Part shown: positions 12,701 through 25,568 of the stretch, piece after piece
How positions within the stretch are numbered: the stretch's first letter is position 1
Layout of the letters: every line of letters begins with the position of its first letter
Assembly: GCA_903813345.2 (NCBI GenBank)
Contig: CAIIXF020000001.1
Coordinates: 8,928,001 to 8,992,000 of the forward strand
Length of the DNA stretch: 64,000 bases
From: Owenia fusiformis
Taxonomy: Eukaryota
Direction: 5' to 3'
Position numbers and translations under genes: made by a program
The notes under the pieces: model-generated
What the model was told of the DNA's origin: nothing
The model's input: the letters and a program-made list of their open reading frames with translations, nothing else
Database searches by the model: none

Positions 12701-15700
12701 AGCAGATAATTAACGTATATCAAAACACTTGACTTCAATGTAATAATGCTAAATAAAAGATGAGCTTAGTCATACTTACATCTCAATGAAAGGTAGACAA
12801 GCTGACAAGATAATAAAAGGTTAAGGTAATTCCGTACTTTCAAGAAATATGTTTTGGGAAAATATGGAGAAAGGGCATTTGAATTCCATTTTAATAGAAT
12901 TGATTTTGAACTATAAATTGTTCCTTGTGTGTAATTATCCTCATGAAATGTTAAAATATTACCTATTTCAGCAATTATTGGCTAGAATGAAGAAAACATT
13001 CTCACCATGCGGTACTACCTTAAGAGCAAAACCTGATTCATTCTGAAGGATAAAAAATATTTCAAACTGTAAAGTTTCCATGCAGTCTGCAATTTGATTA
13101 AGGGAGGAAATGAGTCAACTGATTTTTTTCTTTTGTTTGAAATATCACTGTTTGTCAGATTTAATAATAATTCAAGAAAAAAATTTAAAGTCCTAGTCCT
13201 CATAGAAGCCAATGGTGCACACTGCACAGTAATGTTTTAGATAAAATATATTCTTCTTTTACCCTGCGCGCAGAGTCTAGTTATAAACGACGAAGCTCTC
13301 TTTAGAGAAGCGAAGTCGAACGAATGCAAATGGTATTCTTCTTTTGAACCTAGTTAGACAATCAACATTGGTTTATTTTAAAAGTTTAGTTTATTAAGAA
13401 GTAATTTTTTTCAAAAACGTTTTGAACACAGCACCCATAGTGGCAATATATCCACTTTAAATGTCATTTACATTGCTTATTGTTATGTTGGCAACATTGA
13501 ACAGGTGAATGCAATGTTTAATTTATGGCAGTACACTGAATATATGAATCCATTGATTGCAAATGCATTGATTTTACTAAGTGCTGCAGATACACATTAT
13601 TCAGTTATTACAGTTATTTACACAGAAATAGATCACTTATTTCCAAATAAGACTTAATATGCCTTATAACCTGTATAACAAGCACATTATGACTCTTAAC
13701 GTAATGATTCTGCATGAAGGTAGTAGCTAAGCATTGAAAATAACTTTGCCATAATTTGGCTATTAATGAGCATTAAGGTGGGACTGGTGGGGCAAATAAT
13801 GACATTGATTGGGTATGACATCAATAAACACGCAATCCTTAATGCAAATACATGTATGAAGGTAGCCTGGCACAAAGATATCTCTTCTTTATATTGACTA
13901 AACTTTCTATTTTATCTTGAATTGTCCAAACTATTTATTTCCAAAAAGGCCTAGCAATTCTTGTGCCTATTTTGTCTAGACATAAATATTGAGAATTGTT
14001 AATTATAAACAAGCTTTTCTAATGTAAGAACCCAAAGTATACATCATGGCAAACTCTTAATTTGGATTCACAGAACAACCCTGTTGGGAGCAAGAAGACA
14101 GGATGACTATGAAATGCAAAGCATATATTTTAGCACAGCATTGTATAGTCCAGCACAGGAGTATCACTGTTAAGTGCTAATACTTCAGTCACAGGTGTGG
14201 TGTATAATTACAAACACACACTTCATGTATATTCAGAGGGAATAATAACTTATTATCTCCCAATCCATCATATAAATCTAGCAAATCCAATAAATTCAAA
14301 CTAAGCAGGTCTTTTGTCTTAGAAATATGGTATATAGCGTATATAGCGTATTTTATCATTTTTTCTAATTTTAATTTCCCTTATACAAGAAACTTCCTTC
14401 TGAGCCTAGCAAAAATTAGGCAATAGGCAAATTAAATGATGAGGCAAAATGACAACTTATATAGTACTTGTTTTTCTATGATCACACAAAAGTATGTATA
14501 CAGTTAGGCATTGTGTTATTACATTACATGGGCGTCAGTGGAGGGTGTTGGGTGCGAGTGCACTCCCTTTCTGAGCCAATCCTCAGGGAATTTGTTCATG
14601 GTGCTGAGAAGGAGACTCTGAGAAAAGAACTATGTGTTCTGGTGAAAGAGGTGGAGAAGCTAGGATTCAAGTACAAGCTTTGAAGATGGAGACTGGTTTT
14701 AGGTGTAGATGTACCCCTCTTGGAAAAATCCTGGGGACACCAGTGCATTGTATCATAAAAGTGAATTATATTCACATAACTAATCCACTTTACTTTTCAA
14801 GTTTTCAAGGGACAAAAAATTATAATGGCATTATGGCAAGGATTTTGAACATTACAATATCAATTTGATAAAAAATTGTATATTTCTATCCCAAAAGGCT
14901 GTAAAAAGTACGTTTGATACACTAATTAGTCAAAAAGTAGACTTTTGTTCTCAAATTAAGAGCATTTGAGAATAATTCCTGAAACATTCACCCAATGTAA
15001 ACCTATATTTAATTCTAACATAAATACAAAAAAGTGAGTTGGTGTTAATGAACTCTAGTTCTGGTATGGTTGCAACCTGTTGCCATGGTATCTGGGGCAA
15101 TCTAATAGTTTATCAAAGTCAACATGGCATACATAAGTATTTCAAGAAAAGGTATGTCAGAAGTTTTCTTAGCACGTCTTGGTAAGTCTTTCACTACAGC
15201 TGTCTTTAATACACCTGCCAATTAACTGTTTATAAACATACTTTATACTACATTTAACTCCATTATTTTTCCCAGAAAAAGATGAAATGAATTTTTTTTG
15301 ACGGTTATAGTTTAAAAACCACTTATTTTTATTTCTTATTTGAGAATATTGTGGGTAAAACCTCCATTGGATTTTTAAACTATCGTTTCTAATAAGAATA
15401 ACAGATTCAAGAGAATAGCAGAAGCAGGTGATAGGAACAAAGCCTAAATATAAGCACAATAGACTAGATATACAATATACGAATTTGTAATCTTTAATTT
15501 CAACTATTGAATATTCCAAAAAATTAAGCCAAATATATACAATGTACATACAAAATAATATCTAGAAATGAAGTTTTAAAAAGTTTATCAACAATGAAAT
15601 TTTAATTTTCTTTGAAAAGTGATTTCAAGGTTGGGGATATTCCCCACAAAGCCCATTAAGTCATGAACATTGAAATATCTTCCTGCACCAAACTAATTAT

Positions 15701-16855
15701 CAAACTCAACATACATGTAGATGAAAATTGATCAACTTAATCTATTTATTATTGAATTTTCTATGTCTGCCATGTTATCTGACCCGAATTAGCCATCTGG
15801 CGGTGAAACTGGTAACTTCACACTAGCATCTTGGTTATCAAATTCAATTCTTTCAAGTTGAGACACAATACTAAATGCTATCAATAGAAGACTATCTAAG
15901 ATCCACATGACTCCAGAATTGAGCATAAATGAGTTACACAATGCCTATCTGGAATAAAACATGAACATTTGAGACTCCTACAATTACAATCTTTATTGAT
16001 TTCTCCTTTTCTAACCATATACAACAACAGTTGCAATGTTTCTAGAACACTACAATGACGTCTTTAACTCAATTGACATTTACATGTGATACCAGACCAG
16101 GAAAAGTGAATTTTTCTAAAAGATAAAACTAAATATTTAGTTTGATTTTATTGTAGCATATTGCGCATCACTTTGCTATTAATGGCCATTTCCCCAGGAA
16201 AGACAATCAGATATTTAAACATGGTATGCAAATGTACTGAGGAAGTAGAAGGAAGACCCAAGTGGATACAAATACTTGTCGATTTTAATAGAACCTCCAT
16301 TATCTCTCCGCTAATGGAACTGATACAAATTACAGCCAGAGTTGAATTGTCTTCATGTTTCTATGATATTGATTCAGACAATACACCAAGAAGCTATCTT
16401 TAAACTGAAAACTATAAATCGCCTACATAGGTAATTGAATATGGGGGAGTGTGAATTCTATATCAATCTCATTACGGTACATTGCACTTCGAAAATCACT
16501 TGAACAGCTGTGTCTGTATTGACTGGATCAAAATATTGTTGCAACCTCAACTGTATATCTATGTGACATCTATACTTCCTATTTGATGTTTCCATTTGTA
16601 TGTTCCATGGCTCGAGTAACTGTAGTGTCTCAGATGATAAGTGTCACCATGTACTCTTAGTGTCACCTCTAACCATAGTGTTACACATGGCTCCTACTGT
16701 CACATTTGACGCACATCTGTCACAGTTGACACCTGAGACCAAGATTAAACTGTGGAATAATATCACTCTAGATTCCCTAGCGTCACAATTGACTCATTGA
16801 GTCTATTTTGGACCATAATTCACCCAATTGAATTACTGCACTTAATGAACGATGA

Positions 16856-19800
16856 TTATTTTGAACCAGGTTTCAATGTCGCAAAACATTTGGTGCATCT
16901 CAGATTTGAGCAAATGTCAGTAATGGTGTTAACAATATAAGAGTCCCTCTCTGCCTTTTTAGTGTCAAATATGACAGCAAATGTCATCCTAGGTTCAATC
17001 CTTGTCATGAAGTATGTACTGTTCACATGCTGCATATGAAAACAGAATGATAGAATCCCAGTGAATGTATATCATGAGTTCAAAATATATGTATGTTATA
17101 TGTAATTTTTCAGGGAATCCTAAAATGATAAAAAATGTTTCAGTTATCAATATAAGTTATAAATGTAATATGTAAAGGAGCGTATGTACTATTGATTGTG
17201 TAATGACATCAAAATTGAAATGTCTTTTTGATAATAATAGCTTATTTCAATTATTGTTTAAAATTAAATCAAAGACTTTCGATATATGATTTATATGGCA
17301 CATACATGTATATGACCTTAGATTTTATTCTGCCTATTGCCAAATATATGACATACACATTCAAAAACAAGGCACTGACATTCAAAATGTGACCACTCGC
17401 CATTTGTTACAGATGCCATTTGCTACAGACACCGAACACCAACCGCCATCCACAAAAAAGTTGTAGACTAACAATATGTCAACACTTGTGGTGTTACAGA
17501 CAAAATAATCAGAAATAATCAAAAGTGATACATTTCAAAGAAATTTTGTCTTTAGCATTTGACGAATATATAGCTAAACTACTGCAACTAAGAATCATTC
17601 ACCTTGTCATAAAACCATACGATTTTATCAAATGTGTTGAGATCAGCTGATTTTTCATTCATAATCATCAAGACATTGGGCCAGTGACTGAGTGGACGTT
17701 CCTGTAAAGTAATAAATATGTTTGGTGTTGTATGATAAGGCACAGGGCGTATAGCCAGCAAATGTCAAGGGGATGCTATTTTTGGGTTTGCATCAGTGCA
17801 AGCAAAATGAGCCCCAAAAAGGAGGGTGCGAGAGTCCACCCCCAGAAATCTTTTAACATTTACATTGAATATGGTGTATTCTAAGCATTTCAAACCATAA
17901 TATGTTAATGTTTTTTCAACAAATTTTACAAAATTGACTCCCACTGTTACTGTTGTACAGATTACAAAAAGAAGGATATCTTACATTAGGATATGAGAAT
18001 ACAGCAGGATAGCTGTCTAAGCCCCGGGGAGACTCCATGATTCTGTCAGGGTGATGGTATCCAGGCCCCTTGTATATTCCCTCCAGCCCGTTCACATCTA
18101 AGATAATAGACACATTGAAGACATCAGATTTTTTATGGAATGTTACAATCCTGAAAATAAAGAACAACAATCTACAACAACTGAAACATAAGATACCATG
18201 GGCATAGCCAGGGGGTATACGATGGGTGCAATCACAACCACCTACCCCCAAAAAGAAAGAATTTCTTCTTGTAAAAACATGAACAAATTGTAGTTTGAAA
18301 TGCTTAGAATGCACCATATACAATGTTAATTTTAAAAAATTACTGGGGGTGAACCCCTGTACCCCCTTTTTGGGTTGCTTCGCTCACAAAAATCACAAAC
18401 ACCCTAGACAATTGCTGGCTACGCCCCTGGATATAGTTCATGTCTACAACCAAATAGTCCTGCAACATATATTGCTATACAGACAAAACTAATGTACTTT
18501 GCTTGATACATTTAGTGATTCAGGTTGACTGAATGGTCCAAAACTCATGAAAATCTGTGGTGTGTGCTTGTCTGTCTTTCAGATATATTTAGAATGATAA
18601 TAGTAGCCTGTGTATACATTACTTACTGTTATATAACTGTCTTGAATGAAGATGCAAATATGTAATACACATACTATATATACTATAGAGACATAGATAC
18701 AGCTGTTCAACTACAAACGAAGTCAGGGAATGTGAGAAATAAAATGAGGAAAGAAAAACACTTTTAATTTCAAAATACAGCACATTGAAATATTAAAAGT
18801 AAAATTAAAATTAACAAAAAAAGAATGGCTTATCATTTCATTTGGAATAACTTACTTTCCATAGAAGTCAATGGAAGCCTTGGCTGTGATAGTTTTCATG
18901 TCCATCGCAGCAGATTGCTTCCCTGGTTGTTTGTTCAATACATCGTGAAAGTACAAACTGAACTGAAATAGAAAAAAACTAAAAGTCAGCATTGAAACTG
19001 GTGAGTCTACTTAAAGTACAACTACATGTACATTGAAACTGGTGAGTCTACTTAAAGTTCAACTACATGTACATTGAAACTGGTGAGTCTACTTAAAGTA
19101 CAACTACATGTACATTGAAACTGGTGAGTCTACTTGAAGTACAACTACATGTATATAGAAACTGGTGAGTCTACTTAAAGTACAACTATGTGTACATTGA
19201 AACTGATGAGTCTACTTAAAGTACAACTACATGTACATTGAAACTGGTGAGTCTACTTGAAGTACAACTACATGTACATTAAAACTGGTGAGACTACTTG
19301 AAGTACAACTCCATGTACATTAAAACTGGTGAGTCTACTTCAAGTACAACTACATGTACATTAAAACTGGCGAGTCTACTTGAAGTACAACTACATGTAC
19401 ATTAAAACTGGTGAGTCTACTTCAAGTACAACTCCATGTATATAGAGGTAATCATATGCCATGTATGCATAGTTTTGATTTCCAAGTAAAAATATTAAAA
19501 AAGGTTTCACTTAAAAAGTAATTTACACATGTTCACCTTTTACAATGTTTTAGTGTAGACTATACAGTTTTCCCACTTGAACCAAATAAACAAGTCAACA
19601 ATAACGCAGGTGCGAGTAGGTAGTTACCAGATTCACCACCAGATGGCTCATTCGGGTCAGATAGCATGGCGGGTATAGTAGAAAGTTCCCTTTAACTTAA
19701 ATTACATCTATTTGCGTGGTTCAATTTTCATATAACCCTTATGTATCTAATAGTTATGCAAATTAAAATATGTCCAGTAAAAGAAAATGTTATCTGTCCA

Positions 19801-22800
19801 ATACAAGATAAGATAATTCACTTTTTGTGATTTTGTAACATGGGGTCTATGGGGAATCAACCCGAACAAGAAGTCGCATTTTCAAAAAAAATTTAATTTT
19901 CAAAGTTGATAGACAATTTTCGAAACCATATTTCAAGATGTACTTTTACATGCAGATTTCAAATGTGACATCACATTGACAGAATTTTGAATATTTAATG
20001 ACGTAAATCAAGATTATTTCTACTCGCATCTAGTCTATTGATGAGTTAGTCCAGAGAAAAATCTCAGAAACATATGTGAACACATCCATCTAACTTTTCA
20101 AAAAGTGATATCTCAGATTTTTTCATGCCTTAACACTGAATAAAGCATTGCTCCTATGTAATCACCATTTGCAAGTGAAAAATACCTTAATAGCACCAAA
20201 AACTATCACTTTGTTTAAGCATTTTTACAAATTTCAGTCTTTAATTTTGTTTTTAAGTGACTTGATCAATATTAATTTTTTGACCAATAATTATGATATA
20301 ACATTATAGCCATAGACCAATAAAATACAAGTTCAGTTTTAGTATGAATATAGGGCCATGGGTACAATGAGAGGCTACTCCCCCTCGGGAAATCATGCAG
20401 AGATAAATAGTAGATTAATGACCATGCTCTGAGCTTGGAAATTCATTTAACTCCTATTGACCAATCTAAATTGAGTTATTTGAATTTCACAAATACTTTT
20501 AACTGCTAACTCTGTCCCCAACTAACTGTGATTAATTAGCTTAAATGTTGATTAAATCCCAGCAGTGTCGTTCAAATGATAACTACACTACTACATTTTA
20601 CAAACAAAAATATAAAGGCATCGTGGTCTAAACTGTAAAATTCAATGTGGAGCATTTTTGTATCAGGGGGTCATTGTAAGTTCTCCATTTCATGAACATA
20701 CCTTAGAGACTAGAGTTGCTTTGTATTTGCTGAGCCACTGATAGAGTGCAGGGTTGCTGGGATTTTTAGTACTGCTACCAAACCCCAGTGTTTTCTTCAC
20801 CTGAAATACATTTACAATACAGTAAAATCTGTAAATACGAACACCTCTCTAATTCGAACAGCTCTCAATGTGACCACATTTTTTCAGTCCCAATTTTGTT
20901 ACCTTCCCTTGACTCACATATTTAGAAACCTTCAAGTGTGAACACCTGCTAATCCAATAGCATTTGGCTGATTTAAATTGTGTTCAGATTAGAATGTTTT
21001 TACTGTGCAGCTCTACATTTCTGTACTTTTTCTCTTTTCAGTTCAGCTGTTATATTGTGGTGCTAAATATGAATAACTTGGTTGTAGTGCTGTAGATACA
21101 CTTAATTTGATGCTACTTAATTTGGCGGATTTGCACAATTTCAAATATTGGCAGCTATTTAATTTGGCGGATTCAGGACTGATTTAACAGTTTAAGTTTT
21201 ATCATTGATCTGGCAATAAACATTTCAGATTCATATGTGCGACTTACAGTAAGTCTTGGTATAGCACTGAAATCCAAATAGGAATACTTATACAAGTAAA
21301 ATCTTCGATGAGTTTCAGTGATGGAATTTTCCAAAATACATCTGAAAATTGGCTGATTTTTAATTTGGCAGATTTTCTCAATCCGCCAATCCGTCAAATT
21401 AAAACGGTAGCCATATTAAGTGTATCTACAGTATGTCATGATAGAGTTCTTTATAGTAAATGCTGTACTCACCTCCTTGACTGGCACCAGAGGGGTCCAG
21501 TCTGTTAGTTTTGTATGGGCCTCATTCAGATGTAGTAGGGAAGAGAGAAAATCACACTGAGACATTTCTAGTTGCGCTGTTAGCAGATGTGTGATGATGT
21601 CACACTCAACACTGAAAAAAATAATATTCATCCAATTGCTCCAATTTTAATATAAATCGGGTGTTAAATGATACAATTTAATTAAATAAGCATAAATGGA
21701 GTAAGAGGGAAAAAGACGTGTTGAGATTAAGTTTCAAAAAAATTCTGATTAAGTCCAACAGTCCTGATTTGATTTTAAAAATCTTTATGAGTACGAGGTA
21801 ATCCAACAAATAGATTAAAAAAGTGTCATATTTTGTTCAATTCATATGTTTGCAATTAAATCTTCAATAACTTCTGTATTTGATCAGATAACTCAATTGT
21901 AATGGAATTATGGCCTGATTTTGCAGATTGCTTCAAATATTTTACACTGGTCTCTTGTCCTTGCTTTCTCTTTAATATTAAAAATTTGACACCAGCTTGG
22001 AGGTAAGATGCCACAACCAGGGTTTTGTCCTTTAACAAAACAATTTTACTGCAAAAGGTTATTTTTGTCAAGTAACAGACATTAGAAAAAAGGAAATCAA
22101 TTATCATAACTATCCTTTTCGAGAGCTTCACCTAGCATTACATATCAGTGGCGTAGCCAGGAAGAAAATAAGGCGATGTTGAATAAAGCGAGAGGCAAGC
22201 AAGAGCCTTGTGTGCCTCATTCTGGCTTCACTTATTTAGATTAAATGACGGTTATTACTCAGACAGAAATACGAGTACAACTCAACATTGACAAAGGAAT
22301 ATTTCTCAAAGGATGTTATTAAAAGCTAAGCTAGAGCATGTACAGTTTACTTTGAATGGTTGGATCAAACTCACCTAAAGCTATGCTTTAAAGGGGCTAA
22401 TATAGGATGATGGAAGTTCTTTTGGTGGGTCTGTATTATGTGTGTTATAACGTTCAGTAGGTCATCATAATTCATGACTCGCATGTTGCCCATTGTTGCC
22501 ATCTGTTCATAACTAGGATATGTCAAGGTGTTAAGCTGTTTCTAAATTGTACAGAACACAACAAGAAAAGTGTACACCATTCAGAGGAAAAACAAACCCC
22601 CACTACCTCAAACCATAATCCAACATAAAAAAATGTTTAATGCCCCCCCCCCCCTCCCCAATAATACAAGATCTGTAAATTACTGAATTCAGTATGAAAA
22701 TAATTGGTTCTAAGGGAAATATTTATTAAATACAATATGGCACCCTACAGATATAAGAACAAATAAAACTAGTGAAAAGGATACAACTCCATTGACTTTG

Positions 22801-23704
22801 ACCTTGCAGTAAGGAAGTGTGCTAGCTGCCCACACAGGTGAGATATCAGGTGAGTTAATGAGCTATCCATGGTATCCCTGTCTTTATCAGGCTTAGAACC
22901 ACTCACTTCAATCTGCCTCAATTCACCGAGTAGGCTCCCATATGATGTACGCAAATTCTGAAAAAACAAATGAAGATCATAAGCAAAAGAAGCAGTTTTA
23001 ATGCAATTTTCAAGATATATTATAAGTATCCATGGTGCAAAATTATTTTGGCTTACCTCTTTTCTGCTAAACCATTTAGGGCCAAGAAACATAAGTCCAG
23101 CATATGATTTCTCTGCTATCGCCAGATGAGTGAGAGAAGCTAGAAGTTGCACCCAAAGAGGACCAGTGTTGATTGATTTTTGGCTTTCACGTTCCTTCTC
23201 CTGGAACAAGTGCAATACATTTTACAAAACAATCTTATGTTATATGGACATCATCATTTCTCAAAGTACATGTACACAAACTTTGAAATAGAAGTGGACT
23301 GTTTGGATAGAAACTGAGGAGCTAAACTTACATGTAGTTTTGAAAATCTAAGAAATCAATTGAAAATCATTATACTCGCTGTCAAAAACCATGGGCTTCA
23401 ATTTTTTTGTAATATTTGCACAACCATGAAGGATATCACAAAAGTCAAAAATTGGAAGGATTTGAAAATCAACTGAGCCTACACAGGTAGAGCCCATGGT
23501 TCAACTTACGAAGAAACAGAATAGTACAAATTTCAGGAATAGAACCTCAATTCCCTCAAAATTAACACCACTAAAAAATAATGTTGAAATACACATACTT
23601 ACAGATAAATCCTTAGCTTTGTCATATGCAAACTGGCTAAGACACTGGAAGTATGTTTCCAAAAACGCCTGTTCACGTGAGACAAGGGGTAATTCAGAAG
23701 CCAT
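16856..23704 (-). CDS. KICS2: KICSTOR complex subunit 2 (C12orf66), 446 aa, 10 coding exons
   Basis: Exons (minus): 23704-23603, 23200-23057, 22957-22785, 22512-22375, 21611-21473, 20800-20702, 18962-18856, 18150-17985, 17701-17603, 17029-16856. All introns are GT-AG and phases are consistent, giving 1341 nt. Translation contains EQAFLETYF..LSQFAYDKAKD, FYEQM, FHHPILAPL, KFSLYFH, GYHHP..SPRGLDSYPAVFSYP, RPLSHWPNVLMIM, STYFMTRIEP and FATLKPGSK*, matching vertebrate C12orf66 motifs as I recall them. Confidence 0.93.
18197..18429. mobile_element. GC-rich hAT-like MITE family (related copies or fragments at about 14527-14745, 17743, 22146, 25352-25508, 39844-40046)
   Basis: TIR-like ends CATGGGCATAGCCAG / CTGGCTACGCCCCTG with internal G/C runs; 8-bp TSD not clearly preserved. 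Confidence 0.55.
18990..19440. repeat. 41-bp minisatellite, about 11 copies, in KICS2 intron 6
   Basis: Unit CATTGAAACTGGTGAGTCTACTTAAAGTACAACTACATGTA repeated head-to-tail without spacers. Confidence 0.95.
20820..21005. mobile_element. pogo/Tigger-like MITE in KICS2 intron 5
   Basis: TA|CAGTAAAA...TTTTTACTG|TG termini. Confidence 0.6.
21090..21431. mobile_element. TA-type MITE (CTGTAGAT...ATCTACAG family) in KICS2 intron 5
   Basis: TIR CTGTAGATACACTTAAT / ATTAAGTGTATCTACAG with subterminal TTAATTTGGCG repeats; related to 29613-30075. Confidence 0.75.
22513..22784 (-). other. U12-type (minor spliceosome) GT-AG intron, KICS2 intron 3
   Basis: 5' splice site GTATCCTTTT (22784-22775); branch site CCTTGAC (22528-22522) about 10 nt from the TAG acceptor (22515-22513); no polypyrimidine tract; splicing restores MEF-YEQM in frame. 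Confidence 0.9.
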
Positions 23705-24345
23705 TCTATACTTATAACCTTGGGTACAAGACTAGACCAATACTAAAGTGAAACCTCGAATCTTCTTCACATGATATATACTTTGACAATTTCTAATTTT
23801 ATCACCTCTGTAAGTTTGTTGATATTTTACAAAAAAAATACTTCCGGTTTTCAGTAATAATGTTTTTTTACGTAAAACTTTGTCATTCAATATACTCATT
23901 GCAAGCTCTGCTGTATAAAGTAGTAACTGTATCAACGTTTCCACATATAAACAGAATAACTATTGCTAAATGGTTCAATTTCGATATAAACAATAGAAAT
24001 TGTTAAGATCACACTTTCCAAATAGATTGGACCCGATTACGCTATCCTCTCAAATTTGATTGTATATTTTAGGAGGCTACATAATCTGGAATATTCCTTC
24101 TGGGGAGCAACCTTTCGAGATATTTCTGACATAATAGCATCAGTTCAAAGAGAAATATTTACTCCCACACGATACACAAAATACTCTCTTGTAAAAATCG
24201 ATGTAAAGATAAATTTCCCTGAATATTATTATCGTTATAGACCGGCAAAATTTGGGAAATCTAATTTTTATAGTTAACTGACATCACGTGATCGGCGAAT
24301 GTCTTTGAAACAACCTTGACCCGCCGTCCTTTGTAGAGGTAAGAT
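23705..24345. promoter_or_regulatory. Candidate shared divergent promoter region of KICS2 and GAPDH
   Basis: Head-to-head gene orientation; TCACGTGA E-box at 24284-24291; plus-strand AG|GTAAGA donor at 24338/24339, consistent with a non-coding first GAPDH exon. The TSS is not directly visible. Confidence 0.45.
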
Positions 24346-25568
24346 GTCTATAATTTTGCTCTCTATATTTGATGATTTCTGTATCAAAACGACATTGAAT
24401 CAGGAAATATACAGTGTTTACATATACTAAATTGTCTAGACTATTACTGTTTTAGTTTCTGTGGAAATCCTTTATTTACTTTCTTTGGAATATTGATATG
24501 AAAATGACTGATCTGCATTAGATCTGCATAAGCTTAGCCAAGTCGCCGGCTGACGTGATGTCCTTTTCCAATAGCACCTTTTATACCATCTTCTGTAGCG
24601 CTATTTGAAGTTATAATTCACGTATATTCTATATCATATATTTCACATTATAATGTGAAGTTTTATTTGATCTTATTATCTTGGTCGATTTGTAAAACAC
24701 GTCGACCTTTCCCTGACCTTGGTCTGTGGAAAAAGTAGGCCTCATAGGCCTACTTGTTCATGTGTTTTGCATTTTAGGCTTAGGTGCACATCATTTACAT
24801 ACTACAACTTTCATAAACTTCTCTAAATGATGCAAGTGTATGAAGCCCTCAGACACTTATAAATATTATAGACTCGAGCTAACTATTTTGTGCATTGACA
24901 GTCTAAGATACATGTATAAATAAGTTTGCAATTGTCTCAACTTTTTGGAGGTATTATATTCGCCCAGACTTAAAAAACTGTCAGTATGATTTCCATTCTT
25001 TAAATGTTACTTTGCATGAATACTGATTTTACAAGGACAACTGAAGGTCATTAGGTCAAGATGCCCTTTCTTATATATGGGTTCTGCCAACCAACAAAAT
25101 ATGTTTGGTATCAGCATGGGCTTTCAATTTTCTAGTTGAAAGCCCATGGTATCAGTCACTGTCAAAAATCAAATCAATTATGCAGTAGTCGACCATGATG
25201 TTTCTTTTTCAATGTTCCTTTCAATTAGATGATGTATTAGATCTTCCAGTTCAAATTCATTGTTTATCTCAAAAATTGAATTGATTCACAAACAACCATA
25301 CCCTTATTTGACCTTCAAAGATATGGCTTCAAGTCTACTGGGTACATGCTTGCCCGTAGTCAGCTTTTACCAGGAGGGGGAGCTTTTTTCCAGGGGGGGA
25401 GCTTTTTCACAATTTTGGCTAAAAATCATGCGAAAATTCTCAGAATGGTGAAAAACTGCATGATTTTGAAAGAATTTCTGGCCAGCTCCCCCTCTGGCTA
25501 CGGGCCTGCCCTGACATGTACATGTAAATTGTATTGCCAAGTAATGTTTGGCCACGCCAAACTACAGT

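Noticed and set aside
17968-17984. ATATCCTT (AT-AC U12 donor-like) 5 nt inside KICS2 intron 8
   Set aside because: The canonical GTAAGA donor already gives the conserved frame, there is no convincing U12 branch site at the acceptor, and the same string occurs at about 30136 in a GAPDH intron.
18990-19440. CRISPR-like array
   Set aside because: Units are contiguous with no unique spacers, there are no cas genes, and the context is a eukaryotic intron.
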